Assembly (NCBI RefSeq): GCF_006345805.1
Contig: NC_042999.1
Coordinates: 84,320,001-84,384,000 of the forward strand
DNA from: Octopus sinensis
Lineage: Eukaryota
Reading direction: 5' to 3'
Length of the DNA: 64,000 nucleotides
Position numbers and translations under genes: made by a program. Of the stretch, positions 22,943 through 37,185 are shown piece after piece (position 1 is the stretch's first letter; the number at the start of each line of letters is the position of its first letter). The notes below the pieces were generated by a model. That model was given only the letters and a program-made list of their open reading frames with translations, searched no databases and had not been told where the DNA came from.

Positions 22943-24235
22943 TTAGGTTATCAGGAAAGTTCTTGCGGTTTTTAATCGTTAAATTCAGATGCACATATCT
23001 CGGCTCAAACAAAACTTTATTAATCTAAATAAACACCATCAGAATCAACACACTTCTGCCAACGCGAAACAAGTTTATTTACGCCAGTAGCGTAAAACTC
23101 CTGTGTTCTAATGGCGATGAAGTCGTTGAAGGCGTGTTTGACATAGTCTTGGCTTTTTAAGCATTTCTCATGCAATAAGTTGTCGAGATGCTTGAAAAAG
23201 TGGTAGTCGGTAGGCGAGAGGTCTGGTGAGCATGGCGGATGAAGCAGAGTTTTATAGCCTAATTCGTTCAACTTCTGCAGGGTCAGTTGTGCGACGTGCG
23301 GCCGAGCGTTATTGTGAAGAATTGGTCTTTTTCTATTGACCAATGCTGGTTGTTGTTGTCGGAGTTTCTTATATATTTCAACCATTTGCTGACAGTACTT
23401 CTCCGCCGTAATTGCTTCGCCTCGATCCAAAAAGCTGTGATGGATGAGACCGGCCGCAGACCATCAAACAGTTACCATAACCTTCTTTTGGTGCAACTTT
23501 GGCATCGGGAAGTGCCGTGAGGCTTCGTCGACGTCCGACCACTGAGCTGAGCGTCGCTGGTTGTCGTAAGGAATCCACTTTTCAGCGCAAGTCACAATCG
23601 GGTTGGAAAACGAGTCGTTATTGTTGCGTAACAATAAGGGAAGACGACACTTCAAAACGACGTTATTATTTATTTTTTGGGGGGGTTGTCGTTGAATTCG
23701 TGCGGCACCCATTTCTCAAGTATTTTCTTTTCCAATCTCTTTCAAATGGTTGGAAATTGTCGTGAACGTTACGTCTAATTCTGAAGCAAGCTCTCGAACA
23801 GTTATGCGTGGATTTGCTACGACTAAAGCTCTTAGTTGATCGTTGTCAACATCAGATGGCCGACCACTATGCTTATCATCTTCAAGTCACACGTCACCGC
23901 TACGAAAATTCTTCAACCACTATTGTGCTGTACGTTCATTAGTGGTTCCTGGGCCAAACACACCATTGATATCGCGAGCTGCTTCAGCAGCTTTTAGGCT
24001 AGCTTGAACTGGAATAAGAAAATTGTGCGAATTTGCTTTTTGTCCATGTTGTATTCAACGTTCCGGGAAAAGTGGTCCAATGATTCAAAAAGAAAATGAG
24101 TAACACGATTAGATAGAGCGAAAAACGGGCTTTAAATGATATATAAAGTCAAAGTTATTTAACGAGAATTAATTTGAAAATACATAAGTTAAAACCAAAA
24201 TTTAAAATTCCGCAAGGACTTTCTTGACAACCTAA
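22943..24235 (-). mobile_element. Full-length mariner (Tc1/mariner, DD34D-type), decayed
   Basis: 1293 bp between TA dinucleotides (22941-42 and 24236-37). TIRs are TTAGGTTATCAGGAAAGTTCTTGCGG and CCGCAAGGACTTTCTTGACAACCTAA. The transposase starts MDKKQIR at 24047 and ends at 23020 with ILHNNARPH and HPPCSPDLSPTDYHFF. It has stops and frameshifts. Confidence 0.95.
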
Positions 24236-24324
24236 TAGAAGACTATATCCGACATGTATTAGCATAAACTTCGAAAAACCAAACAGAAATCAATAACATG
24301 TAAATATATAAGTGTGTGTACATA

Positions 24325-24397
<73 letters not shown>

Positions 24398-24574
24398 GTT
24401 TAAAATAATGATCATTACATATTTTTCCTTCATTGCAGCAAAAAAGGTCTTACAGCTGTTTCCAGTGGTCACTATAGGTACATTACTGATAGGTTTACTC
24501 AATTAGTTTATTAATCATTTGAGTAAAATTCAACGACCTAAAAAAATAATTAATGCTTCTTTCATCATCTGCTG

Positions 24575-24725
24575 GCATGCTGGAGCAGCGCCTGGAACAA
24601 ATCGACCCCAGGATTTATTTCTTAAACATGGTACTTATAGTACTTTATTTGTTTGCCGAACCGCTAAGTTAAGTGGACGGCAGCATAAAAACACCGATTG
24701 ACAAGCGGTGATAGGGCACAAAGGC
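24575..24725 (-). mobile_element. SINE 3' fragment
   Basis: Plus strand CATGCTGGAGCAGCGCC...ATCGACCCCAGGATTTATT...TTTGCCGAACCGCTAAGTTA is the reverse of the tail type at 48185-48380. Confidence 0.75.
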
Positions 24726-24822
24726 ACACATACACACACTCTCTCTCACACACACAGAAACAAACAAACACATATATACATATATAGATAGATACACACA
24801 CACATATATAATAATGGTGATG

Positions 24823-24890
<68 letters not shown>

Positions 24891-24896
24891 TATAAT

Positions 24897-24957
<61 letters not shown>

Positions 24958-24974
24958 GTAACAACAACAACAAC

Positions 24975-25110
24975 ATCGAAAAATATCTTAGGAATGAGAA
25001 CCCAGGTTCGAAATTTCACTAAGACACCTGATGAAAGCTGGGGAGGTGTATCAGCCTAAACGTTGTGTTAACAAACAAGATGAGGACATATATCCGTCAA
25101 TTGTAAATAA
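24975..25110 (+). ncRNA. PLE pseudo-LTR/retrozyme-like segment with minimal hammerhead (25023-25068), G12 mutated
   Basis: GACAC-CTGATGA-A-AGCTG(GGAGGTGTAT)CAGCC-TAAAC-GTT-GTGTT. Stem I is GACAC/GTGTT, stem II is GCTG/CAGC and the AACGTT stem III is palindromic. TAAA replaces GAAA. Confidence 0.7.
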
Positions 25111-25132
25111 TGTAAATAATATGTATATATAT

Positions 25133-25209
<77 letters not shown>

Positions 25210-25559
25210 TATATATTCATGTGTGAGACTGTGATAAAAAAAAGATATTTTCCATTCTAGGGCAAGGTATGAACGTTTATAACCATAGCTTAAAACATGA
25301 TTAATAGAATTTGACTTTCATCATTAAATAAAACAAAATTGATAAAATGTGTATAAAGTATTGTGAAATTGAAAGCATTTGGGAATATGCTTGAAACAGT
25401 AACAAATTATATCAAATCGTTTCTGTCGTTGTTGAGTGGCAGTCCAACTCTAGTCTTGCGAGTGGAATTACACACAAAATATTTAAGCTCTTGCGTATCA
25501 CTTCTCTGTACGTTTCGACTGAACATTTATTGTCTGGTTATGGAGTATCGATGAAACAA

Positions 25560-25840
25560 CATTCAAGTGAGGTCGTTGCCAGTGCCGCTGGACTGGCTCC
25601 TGTGCAGGTGGTACATAAAAAGCACCATTTGAGCATGACGGTTGCCAGTACTGCCTGACTGGCCCTCATGCCGGTGGCATGTAAAAGTACCCACTACACT
25701 CTCGGAGTGGTTGGCGTTAGGAAGGGCATCCAGCTGTAGAAACTCTGCCAGATCAGATTGGAGTCTGGTTTGCCAGACCTCAGTCAAATCGTCCAACCCA
25801 CACTAGCATGGAAAGCAGACGTTAAACGATGATGATGATT
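25560..25840 (+). mobile_element. Retroposon 3' end with RTE-type tail and (GAT)n
   Basis: GGTTGGCGTTAGGAAGGGCATCCAGCTGTAGAAAC...CTAGCATGGAAAGCAGACGTTAAACGATGATGATGAT. The RTE assignment comes from recalled tail motifs. Confidence 0.75.
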
Positions 25841-27476
25841 ACCTTACTTGGAAACAGGTGATGGTTGGCTACAAGAAGTGTGTCTGAACTGTTCAAGCAT
25901 AGAAAGGTGGAGCAGGGGCAACGTTTCTCTTTCTTTCAGCACTTTTCGTGCTAAGGGTGTCCTGAGTGAGTTTGGTGCTTGTGTGTCTGAAACATTGTGT
26001 GTCCGATGCTTGTGTGAAACATTGCCTGTGTGTCTGAAACATTAGCTTTGAAGTGGAATATTATTTTTTTGTGGTGTTCTGTTCTTTGTAGATTCTATAT
26101 TAAAAGGCTGGGAAAGAACTTCTGGGTAATGTTAATATTTTCTCACTTTTTAATTCCCATCCTTAATATTTGTTTCCTTTGTTTTTTACTACATGAAGAA
26201 ATTACTTGCATAGCATTATACAGAAATTTGTCATTTAAATATTAATAAAGAATGAGAAAGTGAAGGGAAACAAATACTTGAAGGGATGGGTAAAAGTCGT
26301 CGTGGCAAATAAATATGAGATGTGTAATTTTTTGTTAACTGCATAGGGAAATGGAGATTTTCAATAATAAATGTTCACATTATTGGCACGTAGAAAATAA
26401 ATATTTGCTACGCATGACAGTGAGAATGTTACAGAAAATAAATGCCTTTGAAAAATGGATAAAAAATAAAGGAAAAAAATTTGTAGTCGATAATGTGTTC
26501 ACAATACTTATTTCACTGACACCTAAATAAATACATTTTGGAAGTTAATGATATCAATTTGTTGGTGCAAATGAATATGGCGTTTGCTAATTGCTTAACG
26601 AAATAGAAAGTTGTTAATTTTTCAATAAGAATTTTTCCTATGGGTGTGGGGTGGAGGAAATAGAGAAATATCAATGAGGAGTGAAAGTGAAACATGTCAC
26701 AAAATTATTTCTTACATGGAAAATCAATTATAAACATTTTTCACACGTGTTATAGTAAAAATTCAGGAACCAAATGTAAAAGGAATATTCACATAACGAA
26801 AGAAAATATGCCCAATTTTCACAGAAGTATGGATGGAATTACTTCTAGCACCATAAATGATGCTAGAAGAGGTAAGCACTAGAAGAAATGGTGGATAAAA
26901 ATGCATAACTTTTATGATATGATAGCGAATATTTTCGAATTCTATTCAAAGACCTTGAAGGCATATGGATACAAATGAGTACCTCAAGTAAACATTCACA
27001 TTAAGATACAGAAAAATTGGATCCTGCTTTTCAAATCATTTAGTAAATCGAATAGAGCGAATACATCTCAAACTAATATGTTCACAGTGTTACATGTTAA
27101 GACGTAGCCTGAATCCTAATCTACCGAAAAATAAATGACACTGTCTGAATCTATTTTGACGGTATATTTACACACAACTATGGAGTCACACGGTACAAAA
27201 ACACCGTTACATTTTGTGAAATATGAAATTCCAAAATTGCTATGCACGTGTGGCAACAGAGGCATCGACTTATATCAGTTTAGGATTACTTAAAGCGAAC
27301 AATTTTCATATTTATCAAAATACATTTCAAAGAAGAAATATGGAAAATTACTCAAGAAAATTGTCTTAGTGATCTATATAACCTATATATAGATGGTGTT
27401 CCAGTATGGCCGCAGTCAAATGACTGAAACAAATAAAAGTAAAAGAATATGGAGATTAATATCCTAAAATGTATTT

Positions 27477-27514
<38 letters not shown>

Positions 27515-30479
27515 TGTGTGTGTGTGTGTGTGTGTGTTCGCACGCGTGTGTATGTTTGTGTATATATGCATGTATTTATGTGCTTGCGTGCACATGTGTG
27601 TCTGCTTTTGTCTGTAACAACAGAGAAATTGGAATATAGATAATGCCGCGTGTGTACTATCTTTTTGTGTTCCATCAGTTGATGGCGATGATTTAAATGA
27701 TGATGCTTATTAGTACCGGCACTACCCCCCCCCCACTATCATCTTTTTCCTCCTAGTCGTCATCATCAGCAGCAGCAACAGTAGCATTCTCATCATCACG
27801 TCATTGTCAACAATATTGATGAAAGCCATGTGAATAATGGTGATAAGAATGTTAACGATAACAGTGATGATGTTAATAATAATAATTATATTCTTTATTG
27901 AATTTTCGCTTATTTGTTTGTTTTTATGTTTTCGTTGTTTTGTTTACTTTAATTTAAGTTAATATCTCACGGTTTTCTTTTCATATAGTCTTTTCTTGGA
28001 AAACGTTTGAGTCAAAAGTTTTTTTCAGAAAAGTGAACTTTGGAAATAATTTTCCCAGACCGATGATAAATTATCTATAGCCGACGTTTTATCAATCAAT
28101 ATAATGCGATAGAATTTAAATAATAGAATTCTACGAAGATGACAAAAAGAGAAAAAAAAAACAAAGACATTTTAGTCCTATAGCAACGACAACAACAACA
28201 AATATAATCATTATACGAAGCCAGGAATGATAAAAATAAAACAATGAAAGAAAGACGAAAAATGAAACAATAAAACTCCAGAACAGTAACGCTAAAAGTA
28301 TCTCTAAACCGTATAAACAACTTCAACATAAAGAAATAAAAGAAAGATTAGCAACAATAACAACAAACAACACTGAAAGCAATCCCTGGAAATTGATATT
28401 TTTATTCAACGAAGTATTTTCATTTGCATTCATTCTAAATTATATTTATTTACCATTTTTTACTTTTTATACATTTCTTTTCTTTATTTTCTTAGCAAAA
28501 ACAAGGTTTTAGCATTGTATAAATATATTCTTTGTTAGATATTCTTTGATTGGAATGTTCGGCTTTAAATTCACAATTATTTCATTGTTTTGTTTGTTTC
28601 TATTGTTCTTTGTTATTTATTGTCTTGGTTTATGTCACACAGAAACTATACTTACGTGATCTGCATGGAACAAGTATTGACTTATTGACGAAAAAATAAT
28701 CTTCCAAAATCAAAGTGATTTGCAAATAACAAGATCGAAATACTAATTCACGAACCGCCAACTTTCTACAAGGTGTGATATTTTATTAGTTTCCTCTTCT
28801 CCCTCGTTATTTATTATCCATCTCTGAATTATTTTTTCTAGCACTTAATCATAAATGTACGAATTAGTATTCTGACTTCATACTGTTTATATAAATAATA
28901 GCTCAGAATAAATCTACTAAAATCTTGTCGGTTTATACCACTGTTCTATGTATATCGCCCAGTCATTATGAAGTGCTGAGGGTTATCAAAAATTATAAAA
29001 ATACAAAGAAAAAATTTGTAGGAATACCAGCTGTCCTTTTGGGTAAAATAAGTAATACTGTGTGAGTATGAAAAATAATTAATTCATCTATGTAGTACAG
29101 AGAGCGTTTAACTGGCACCGATTATTGAATCGAAAAGCAATTAATGTATAAATCTCGCGACATCACAACAATTTAAAGTTAAAACATCACAACAATTAAG
29201 AACAACTAATGTGGAAGCCCTACCCTGTAGCTTCACTTCTTTGTGATTTTACCATAAATCACATCTGTGTTTTTAAATATGAAAGCATACATGAGATACC
29301 ACCTAAGAGAGGGGGGTCTTATAATTGCACGTACCAAGGGGATCTGCGAGTAACAGCAATCAATTGTCCTTAAGTCACATTTTGCTATCTTGCATAAAGA
29401 AAGAAAGGAAATATTACACGACACAACCTGTTTACAATGAGACTCAGTTCTCGTGTTGGAATGCTTTTTTATCCCAGATCCATTCGTTCAGAACTGACTT
29501 TTAGATAATCAAATGCAAAAATAAGCAATAAATCACCAAATCGACCCCTTTTAAGTTGACATTTAATTGTCTCTAGCCCAACTTGAACTGAGACTGTGTT
29601 ACCTTTGCAAAGTAAATTTGCAAGTTGAACAATGTAGATTTTGTAGTACAGATTTAAAGAAGTAATTGTAATACTGAAAAACATTGAATAGTTTGGTACG
29701 TAAGATGGTGTTGAAATGTTGTAGAAGTCTAAAAGCCCAAAAAATGTCAAAGGGCCTCCGGTTGTAAAAGTGTTTTGTGGATAGGAGATACTGATATAAT
29801 AAATATGAGGAAAATATATAGGGAAACAACAGGAAAATGCCGGAAAAAATAAAAACAGGAATACTACATGAGAGAAAACTACATTAATGCAACAGGTTTA
29901 AAAGAAAGGAATTGTAATAGTAAAATAAAGACATCAATGAAAAGATAAGCCATAAAATAATGACATAACATAAGACATAAAGCAGCGGCAAACGGTGGGA
30001 TAAATAACGGTACGAAAGAACAAAAAAATCTTTCTATAAAACTAAATAAAAGAGAGCAATAAAACACGACAGACTGTTAGCAATGAAACGAGGAAGAAAC
30101 AAGGATTATATAATGCGAGAGTATTCAACAAAACAGCTCGTACACAAAATAAGGAAACTATGACAAAGCTCTATAAATAATAGATCAGATCCATCATCGA
30201 TTCTGTCATTCCTACGAAAGATTTTAACTTCACAACAAAGCACAATAAATTTGCAATCCATGAAAAGAATGCTCTTAGCCGTATAATATGTACCATAAAC
30301 TTTTTTTCCCTTTCAAACACAACACCTACATTCTACCAGATAAACGTAAGCCGAAAATATGTAAATAGGAAGTATATTCGGATATGCAAGAAAATAATGC
30401 TTTACTACTGAAATTGCATCCGGCTTAAACAAAATTCTAGATACACTGATACATCAACATTTCAGAACATTACATTGAC

Positions 30480-31700
30480 ATCATTGTAAGTATTTTCTAG
30501 TAACTTTCACTCACACATGTTTACTTACATAAAGGCATGTTCCAATTCATTGATAAATGTACGTCGGTGTGCAGCTACTTCTGCCCCACCCCCACCCTGT
30601 AGTGTTCCAAAACCATTTTGCATTGACTGAGTTCACCAAATCCACCCCTCTCCGAATAGTATATTTTCTAGATAGTTAATACTGGTCTAGATGAGAGCTG
30701 TGAATTTAATTAAAATCGTAAAGGTAATGGATTCCTTCTTACAAAGCTCTTCTTCACGAAATCTAGGATCTATTTTACTGGAGATAAATTTGTCACTGGA
30801 GATGGTCTTCGTTTTACGGTAATTGTGCGGAGTCCTGTCCTTCCCATTTGTATTCTACCCGATCTCCACTTTTAAAAGTGGATAATGTGGTTCACCTACC
30901 AAAGCTGCCTTCCTTAAGATTTACTTCCAATTGTTGGTATTTTCATTTAATTTCGTGACCTTCAGATAGTAAGCCATAAGAGGGATTCTACTGCCACAGG
31001 TGCAACAGCAATGTCGCCTATCCTGGATGACCACTCTTAAGCCACTGAAGGGGAACTCTCTGTAGTTGTATGGTGCTTTTTCAGGACATGAGTGCTTATA
31101 TATTAATGATAACCGCATTCTTTCATATGTCACCGAAGGTTACATCAGCACTCCCTATATTGTGCTACAAAAGTGATTACGAGTCAGAGACAGACGTCGT
31201 TTCCTCGATGTTAGGATAGTGTCTTTTATGTATTTTCTTAAACTTACGAGCACTTGTATCTTCTGTTGTATGAGTTTGGCTTTCCTCTGTTCTCTGTTTA
31301 TTTCAAAAATCAACGCATAGTGTACCATCTACTCTCACTCTCCAGCGAAGAGGCTTTCATTCCACTTTTCTACAGAAACATCTGCTGATTGGTCCTTTGA
31401 AAAGGCAAGGAAATCATCCGTTAACTTTCTCTTCCTTCGCATCCGAATAGTGTTTTTTCAGATAGAGAAGCATTCTTCTTATGAGGTAACTGCTTGTATT
31501 CATTTGTCCTTTCCATGAAATGCAATATCTAAGAATTCCATACAGGGACTACACTTGTGAATGATCAGCTGAAAGTTTTAGTCACATAAACATTGTTTCA
31601 TATAGCACATGAGTATGTGCAGATGTTTTCTTGTTTGAGTTGTCACTCCTAGTATTAAAGTAAGGTAACTTCTTACTGTATATTTATCTGTATATTTTCT
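30480..31700 (-). mobile_element. Heavily decayed Penelope-like element (RT domains 5-7, thumb, GIY-YIG remnant)
   Basis: Minus translation with stops reads VRSYLTLILG (RYxDD-like), MEFLDIAF, YALIFEINREQRK, CCCTCG and MGRTGLRT, in PLE domain order. Confidence 0.5.
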
Positions 31701-32199
31701 TTGTATAATTAGCACTCTTCGTTTTAACTTATAATTTTTATGTTTATTCAATTAGGCGCTTACTTTTTTTTCTTTTTTTGGTACTACTATTCTCCTAAGC
31801 AAGTATTCTTGATTTTGAGTAACTGAAATGTTTACACATTAAAAAGTTAATATCTAGGGGCAAATTTTAAATTGCCTGTCATTGGATAAACAGGGTGGAC
31901 ACAAATTTTCCAATGTTTGTTTAAATACCAGCCACCAAAACGAATGTTTTTACATGAAAGAAAATGGCAGTAAAACAACAATACAGGGAGAATGAAGTGA
32001 ACACATGCGCTCAAGCCAGATATAGAGACAACAGGTATCCAAATAAATGGTGGAACTTCACTCTTCATTCTAAAAAAGGCCTGAATACAAACAAAATTAA
32101 TATGCTCCTATATAAGTTGCATATTTTACAACTATACTCAACACAGACAACGAAAGTGCCCTACGAAAGAGATATAATATCTGTAAAGAAAAGAGCTGA

Positions 32200-33130
32200 C
32201 ATCAAATAGTAAATTAACCACTTTCTCTTTTAAAATATCGAGGTACTTTAAGAAGATGTGTACAGAGACCATAAAAACTGATACCCAAAATAATCTGAAC
32301 ATGAAAAATTAAGTATTCGCGATGAGAAAATTCAAATGACAAACAAAAACAAGTGTAAATAACGAGTTAAAACATTAAAGCTATTAATTACTGAGAATGA
32401 GAACATCGAAGAAAATCATAGAAAGAGACAAACAAGCTAAAATAATAGTGAAAACATCATAACATCTGATCATACCACTGACCAGCAAAATAAAATAAAA
32501 GCAATACATTCGAAAAGAATTATAAACAGAAATGTGAAAATATTTAACGATATAAAATTTAGAATATGCATATTATATGAATATGACAATGATCTAAAAT
32601 TGGAAATAATTAAAAAGATTTAAATCGATAAAAGAGCTGCCTATAGAACACAAATTCTTCCCAAAATAAACGTAACAATAAAAATGCGTTAACCTGACCA
32701 ACATAGATTTAGTAAAGTCAGATACGGAAATATCACCAGAACTAAACAAAAGCTTTACATAGCAACCATAATAATTACAAAGAAGTTGTTACTACCTGAA
32801 ACAAATACTCATACAGGAATTCTAAATCCACGTATACGACGCAAAAATAAAGAAAAAACATAATAATAAAAGTAAAAAAGAAATCTCAATTCTATATGAA
32901 ATCAACGAGGAAACGATACAAGTAAGATAATAAAACCCAGAGACAAATCTTACAGGCATGCAATGTAAAAAGTTCAAAGATATATACCAGAAATCAAAGA
33001 ATGCCTATAACAAGAATCCTTGCTAAATGCCATAACTCATCATTAAGAAAAGTGACAATAATTCTTTGAACCAACAGATAATTCATATCCAAACCAAAGC
33101 GATTTTATCAAAAACAGAAAACTTAAAAAA
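32200..33130 (+). mobile_element. Decayed N-terminal region of an R4/Dong-like LINE
   Basis: Very A-rich strand bias and a frame reading KLYIATIIITKKLLLPETNTHTGILNPRIRRK, which resembles the R4/Dong region ahead of the RT. Many stops. Confidence 0.35.
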
Positions 33131-33349
33131 TACTAATTAATGTTGCGTAAAGAGGTGTTTGAAGAGTTAAAATGTGTGGGAATCCCGACGAGTGTGCAAA
33201 ACTAATGCCTTCCAAATCTGAATATAGTTGAGAAATAAGAAAATGCAGCGGCATTTTGTTACTATTAATGCTGCTAACGCCATTTGAGTCAATGTACCTG
33301 CATGTATTCCTGCCATCCCTGTCTATTTTGTGCTTCTGTTTCGTTCTCT

Positions 33350-33960
33350 ACTTATTTGAGATCTATTTCTTTCTACATTGTACTCTGATACTCTCTGCTA
33401 TGTAGGCTTTCTACGGTGCCTCTGATTGTCCATTTTACTACTGAACATATTTACTAATCTTGAGGAAGGTACTGAAGCACACACGTTCTATACATTACTT
33501 TTGTTACAACCTAAACCACAAAATGATGCCATTCCATCCCCAAGATTAGTTATAATTTAACTGCTATGCTATGGCTCCATCCCATATATAAACATAAATC
33601 ATTATTTTTGTATGAGTTGACAATCTATATGATTTCTATACATCTGAAGCAAAACCATTGCTAGATTCGTTTTTTTAAATATTTAGTTAAGTTTACTTTC
33701 TAAAGATCCATCGTTGATTTTAGCATTTCTAAGATAAGTAAACTGATTTGAATTTTCCAAATTTCTTTTATCTACTAACTTTATGATTTTAGTTTCATAG
33801 ATTTCTATTTCCATATCCATAGCTTTGCCTATTTCATCAAAATCGTTTATAATTCATTACAGTTTTGATGTTTCATTACTAAATAATTCATTGTCATCAC
33901 TAAAAGGCAAATTTGCCGCATACGTCCTTAAATATTTTCAATTCTTTCTGTTCCGTTAAA
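33350..33960 (-). mobile_element. Decayed RTE-like LINE RT C-terminus
   Basis: Minus frames read RTYAANL (YADD-like), GKAMDMEIEIYETKIIK and SNQFTYL...DGSLESKL. Confidence 0.5.
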
Positions 33961-36554
33961 ATATGTTTGTACTGTGTGCTTTCCTTCCATATTCTGATTC
34001 ATTGAACTCTCATGTGTGTGTGTGTGTGTGTCACGTTTGAACTTGTAATATTTCTTTATAGAACCTAATAATTATTCGATCTAAATATGTTCGGAAAATT
34101 CTATTGCAACTTGATCAAAGTAAGATTAATATATATTTTTTAAATATGCCATTCTTTTCAAAGTCTCATTAGCTAACAGTTATTTTAGAAACGTTCTCGT
34201 TTATAATTTCCCAAGATCACCGTTAATGGATATTTCCTTTTTTCTCTTTTCTTTTTTATTCTTCTTTCTTTTCCTTTTTTTTTTCAGAAGATTACTGTTA
34301 CCTTTCTCGATTCTGGCCGGAAGTAACAAGTCGAAAATATTAATGACTGAATTGTGTGCCGTAAATCTTATTCTAGTTGTTAGCTATACTAAGTTACTCA
34401 AGTGCAATCATATATCTTAGCAAATTTTAGACACTCTCTAAGTCATCAATATTTACGAACCCAATCAAAGTAAAATTTCATTGAAAGTGTGAAAGAAAAG
34501 ATATTCTAGCTTCATCCTGGATTGATGGAAATCGTAGACTACGCTGTAAAAAAAATGATATCTTACTTCTAGAAGAAGTCTCCTTCCCGTGCACAAGAAA
34601 AAGAAACTATACGACTTTGATCATACTTCAGATTGTGTCTTAAGCAGCACCCTGCTCTCTAATACTTTATTACTTAGTGAAGGCGTTGTTTAATGTTTTG
34701 CTTTGATTATTTACTTAGAAAGAAACTTACTGATGATGCTCCACCTGCTCATCATTGATTCCAGCTATTTTCAACTTACGGATAAGCTGAAAGAGAACTT
34801 TGTGGATTTTTTTATTGTTTCGCTAATTTTGCAATAAATTTGCAAGCATGCTGTTCTTTTTCACGTAAGTAGACTTTGAACACTCCTCCTATAAATGTAT
34901 AAAGGAATTTCCTTCCATACTAATATCACTTCTGCGACGATGAGGCTCACATTATTTTATGCATGTACAATTCTAGGTAGCTTCTGACACTTTCTGCGGC
35001 TTCAGCATCTCACATTAAATATTCATCATGTAGCAGCCTTCTCAATTTGTTTATATTGAAATCCTCAATGTCGTAAAATCTTTGTTTTCTAATATCATGG
35101 GATTGCCATTCCTCTGATCCTGAGATATTCCTTATCTTTCTGAAAGTATCTAAGAATCTTTTTCGCCCCAAAATCCGCGATAAAATTTATACTGAACTTT
35201 CTGCACGTGTGAAATATTGCATAATTAATGAAAACTGGTGAGTATTGCTTCGTGTTCCATTCAGTAGTCCTCCTACACATACATAAAATCCCCTTGTCTT
35301 ATTGAATTTCAAGACTAATTATCTTTACCTATTTGCTCACACAAGTCTTTCACATGTAATATCACATTTGTTACAGGAAATATTATACCAATTAATGCCG
35401 TACATAATTCAATAACCGATCAGAATTTTACACTTTCAAAGCATTTGAGCACATGTTTCAAAGTTTGTATATTTCTCTTATTTGCTTTTCTTTTTTCTTT
35501 TTTTTTTTCAAAAGCTTTTTACATTTTGTTATAAATCTTATCACGATTGTCACCATTTTTCATGCATTCAGTGACACAGAAACACTCGGAAATCTACATT
35601 ATCGTTATCGTTTTATGCTCTTTTTATACCTATTACTCTATGTCTTCATGTAGTTGGCGGCGACGAGTCAACGTTGGAACTGTTGTTGCTATTTCGGTAA
35701 TTGTTCTCAATGCACAAAAGACTTGCATTTTCTATTAATAGCAACAGTAATGATAACAACCATAACAATAAGAAAAATAAGATGAGAACGAAGAAGAAGA
35801 ACAACAACAACAACGATAACAACAAGAATAAGATAGAAATTTGAACCGTTAAAACATTTCAATTATTCATTTATTTATTAATTTAAAATAAGAAAAGATA
35901 ATTAGTCAGTATAAAGAAAAGTTTCCACTTCAGCTAAATTGAGATTCTTAAAGAAGCAAACTTTGAATACAACCAAAATTATAACCAAAATATGAGAAGC
36001 ACAATTGAAAATTGAATAGTTATCGATTTTGAACCGAAACAAAGAAAAATCAGAACGAAATGAGACGCCTTTAAATATTTTTCATCCATTCATTCGTTAG
36101 GCGGGTGACAAAAACAAAAATCTTTTAGAATGTCATCAAGTAACATGGTGTAAGATTTCTTCAGCCGTTGCGTTTCTACAATGTCAATGATTATATAATT
36201 GGTTGTTAGACATCTATCATATATTGGATGTGATTTTCATCATAATTACGTAAGAAATTTTCTTGAGAACATCCTAAACGCATTCTTAGTATTCTTAAAA
36301 ATGTCATGGTGTGCTAATAAGCAAATCACATAGTTATACACACAAACACACACACATACATATATAAATAGACAGAAAGAGAAAGAGAGTGATACATATA
36401 TAGAGAGACGGACAGATAAACATATAGATAAAAGCAAAGAATATGCTATGAACGTATGAGTATATATATATATATGCACATATATAATATATATATATAT
36501 ATAATGTTTATATAAATATACGCATATAAAATATACATATAATGTATATATGTG

Positions 36555-36598
<44 letters not shown>

Positions 36599-36675
36599 AT
36601 AGATAGATAGATAGATAGATATAGATATAGATATAGATATAATATATAGATATACATGTATGTGTATATATATAT

Positions 36676-36730
<55 letters not shown>

Positions 36731-36732
<2 letters not shown>

Positions 36733-36952
36733 AAATAGTTGCACAACAAGGTACCAATGCTTGCTGGGAATAGCAGTCGATAACCGTACGGCGCTATGCA
36801 AAGCTTCAATGAATGTACACTATCAAAGATGTGTACGGGCAGCGAATATAAACATTTTCGTCTTACCTCTGGGAAGAACACTGGATAGATGGACAACCTA
36901 GAATGGATAATCTAGTACTCGAGTTTCGGACTGTCCTAATACGCCTGTTATC
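36731..36952 (-). mobile_element. Hammerhead-bearing repeat module (putative PLE pseudo-LTR), copy 1
   Basis: Hammerhead-like fold at 36952-36906, then AG-bounded 31 nt at 36897-36867, then GTAAGAC, then about 130 nt alignable with 43260-43386, ending at a (TA)n tract. Confidence 0.65.
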
Positions 36953-37185
36953 GTAAATTTGGTTAGATTGAACGCTTAGCCGTAAACAGAACTATGATCA
37001 GTGAAAACGTTTCATATAAAAATTATAAATATTATTGCAATATAATAGTATTATTTTCCCGCTAAATAAAGCACCGTAAAGGTAGAATGTAAATGGGAAA
37101 TAGTAGCACAACGTACATAACATGTGTGTGTGTGTGTGTCTGTGTGTGTGTATAGATTACATACATAATATATTATGTATGTAAT

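Noticed and set aside
26200-27350. Coding-looking AT-rich stretch with a GAG|GTAAGC donor near 26872
   Set aside because: All frames break within about 60 codons and no motif was recognised.
34735-34790. Minus-strand 56-nt exon-like unit LIRKLKIAGINDEQVEHH with good AG/GTAAGT sites
   Set aside because: No compatible neighbouring exons or family were recognised. Competing frames on both strands at 34.9-35.3 kb look equally plausible, including a weak Tc1-like remnant.
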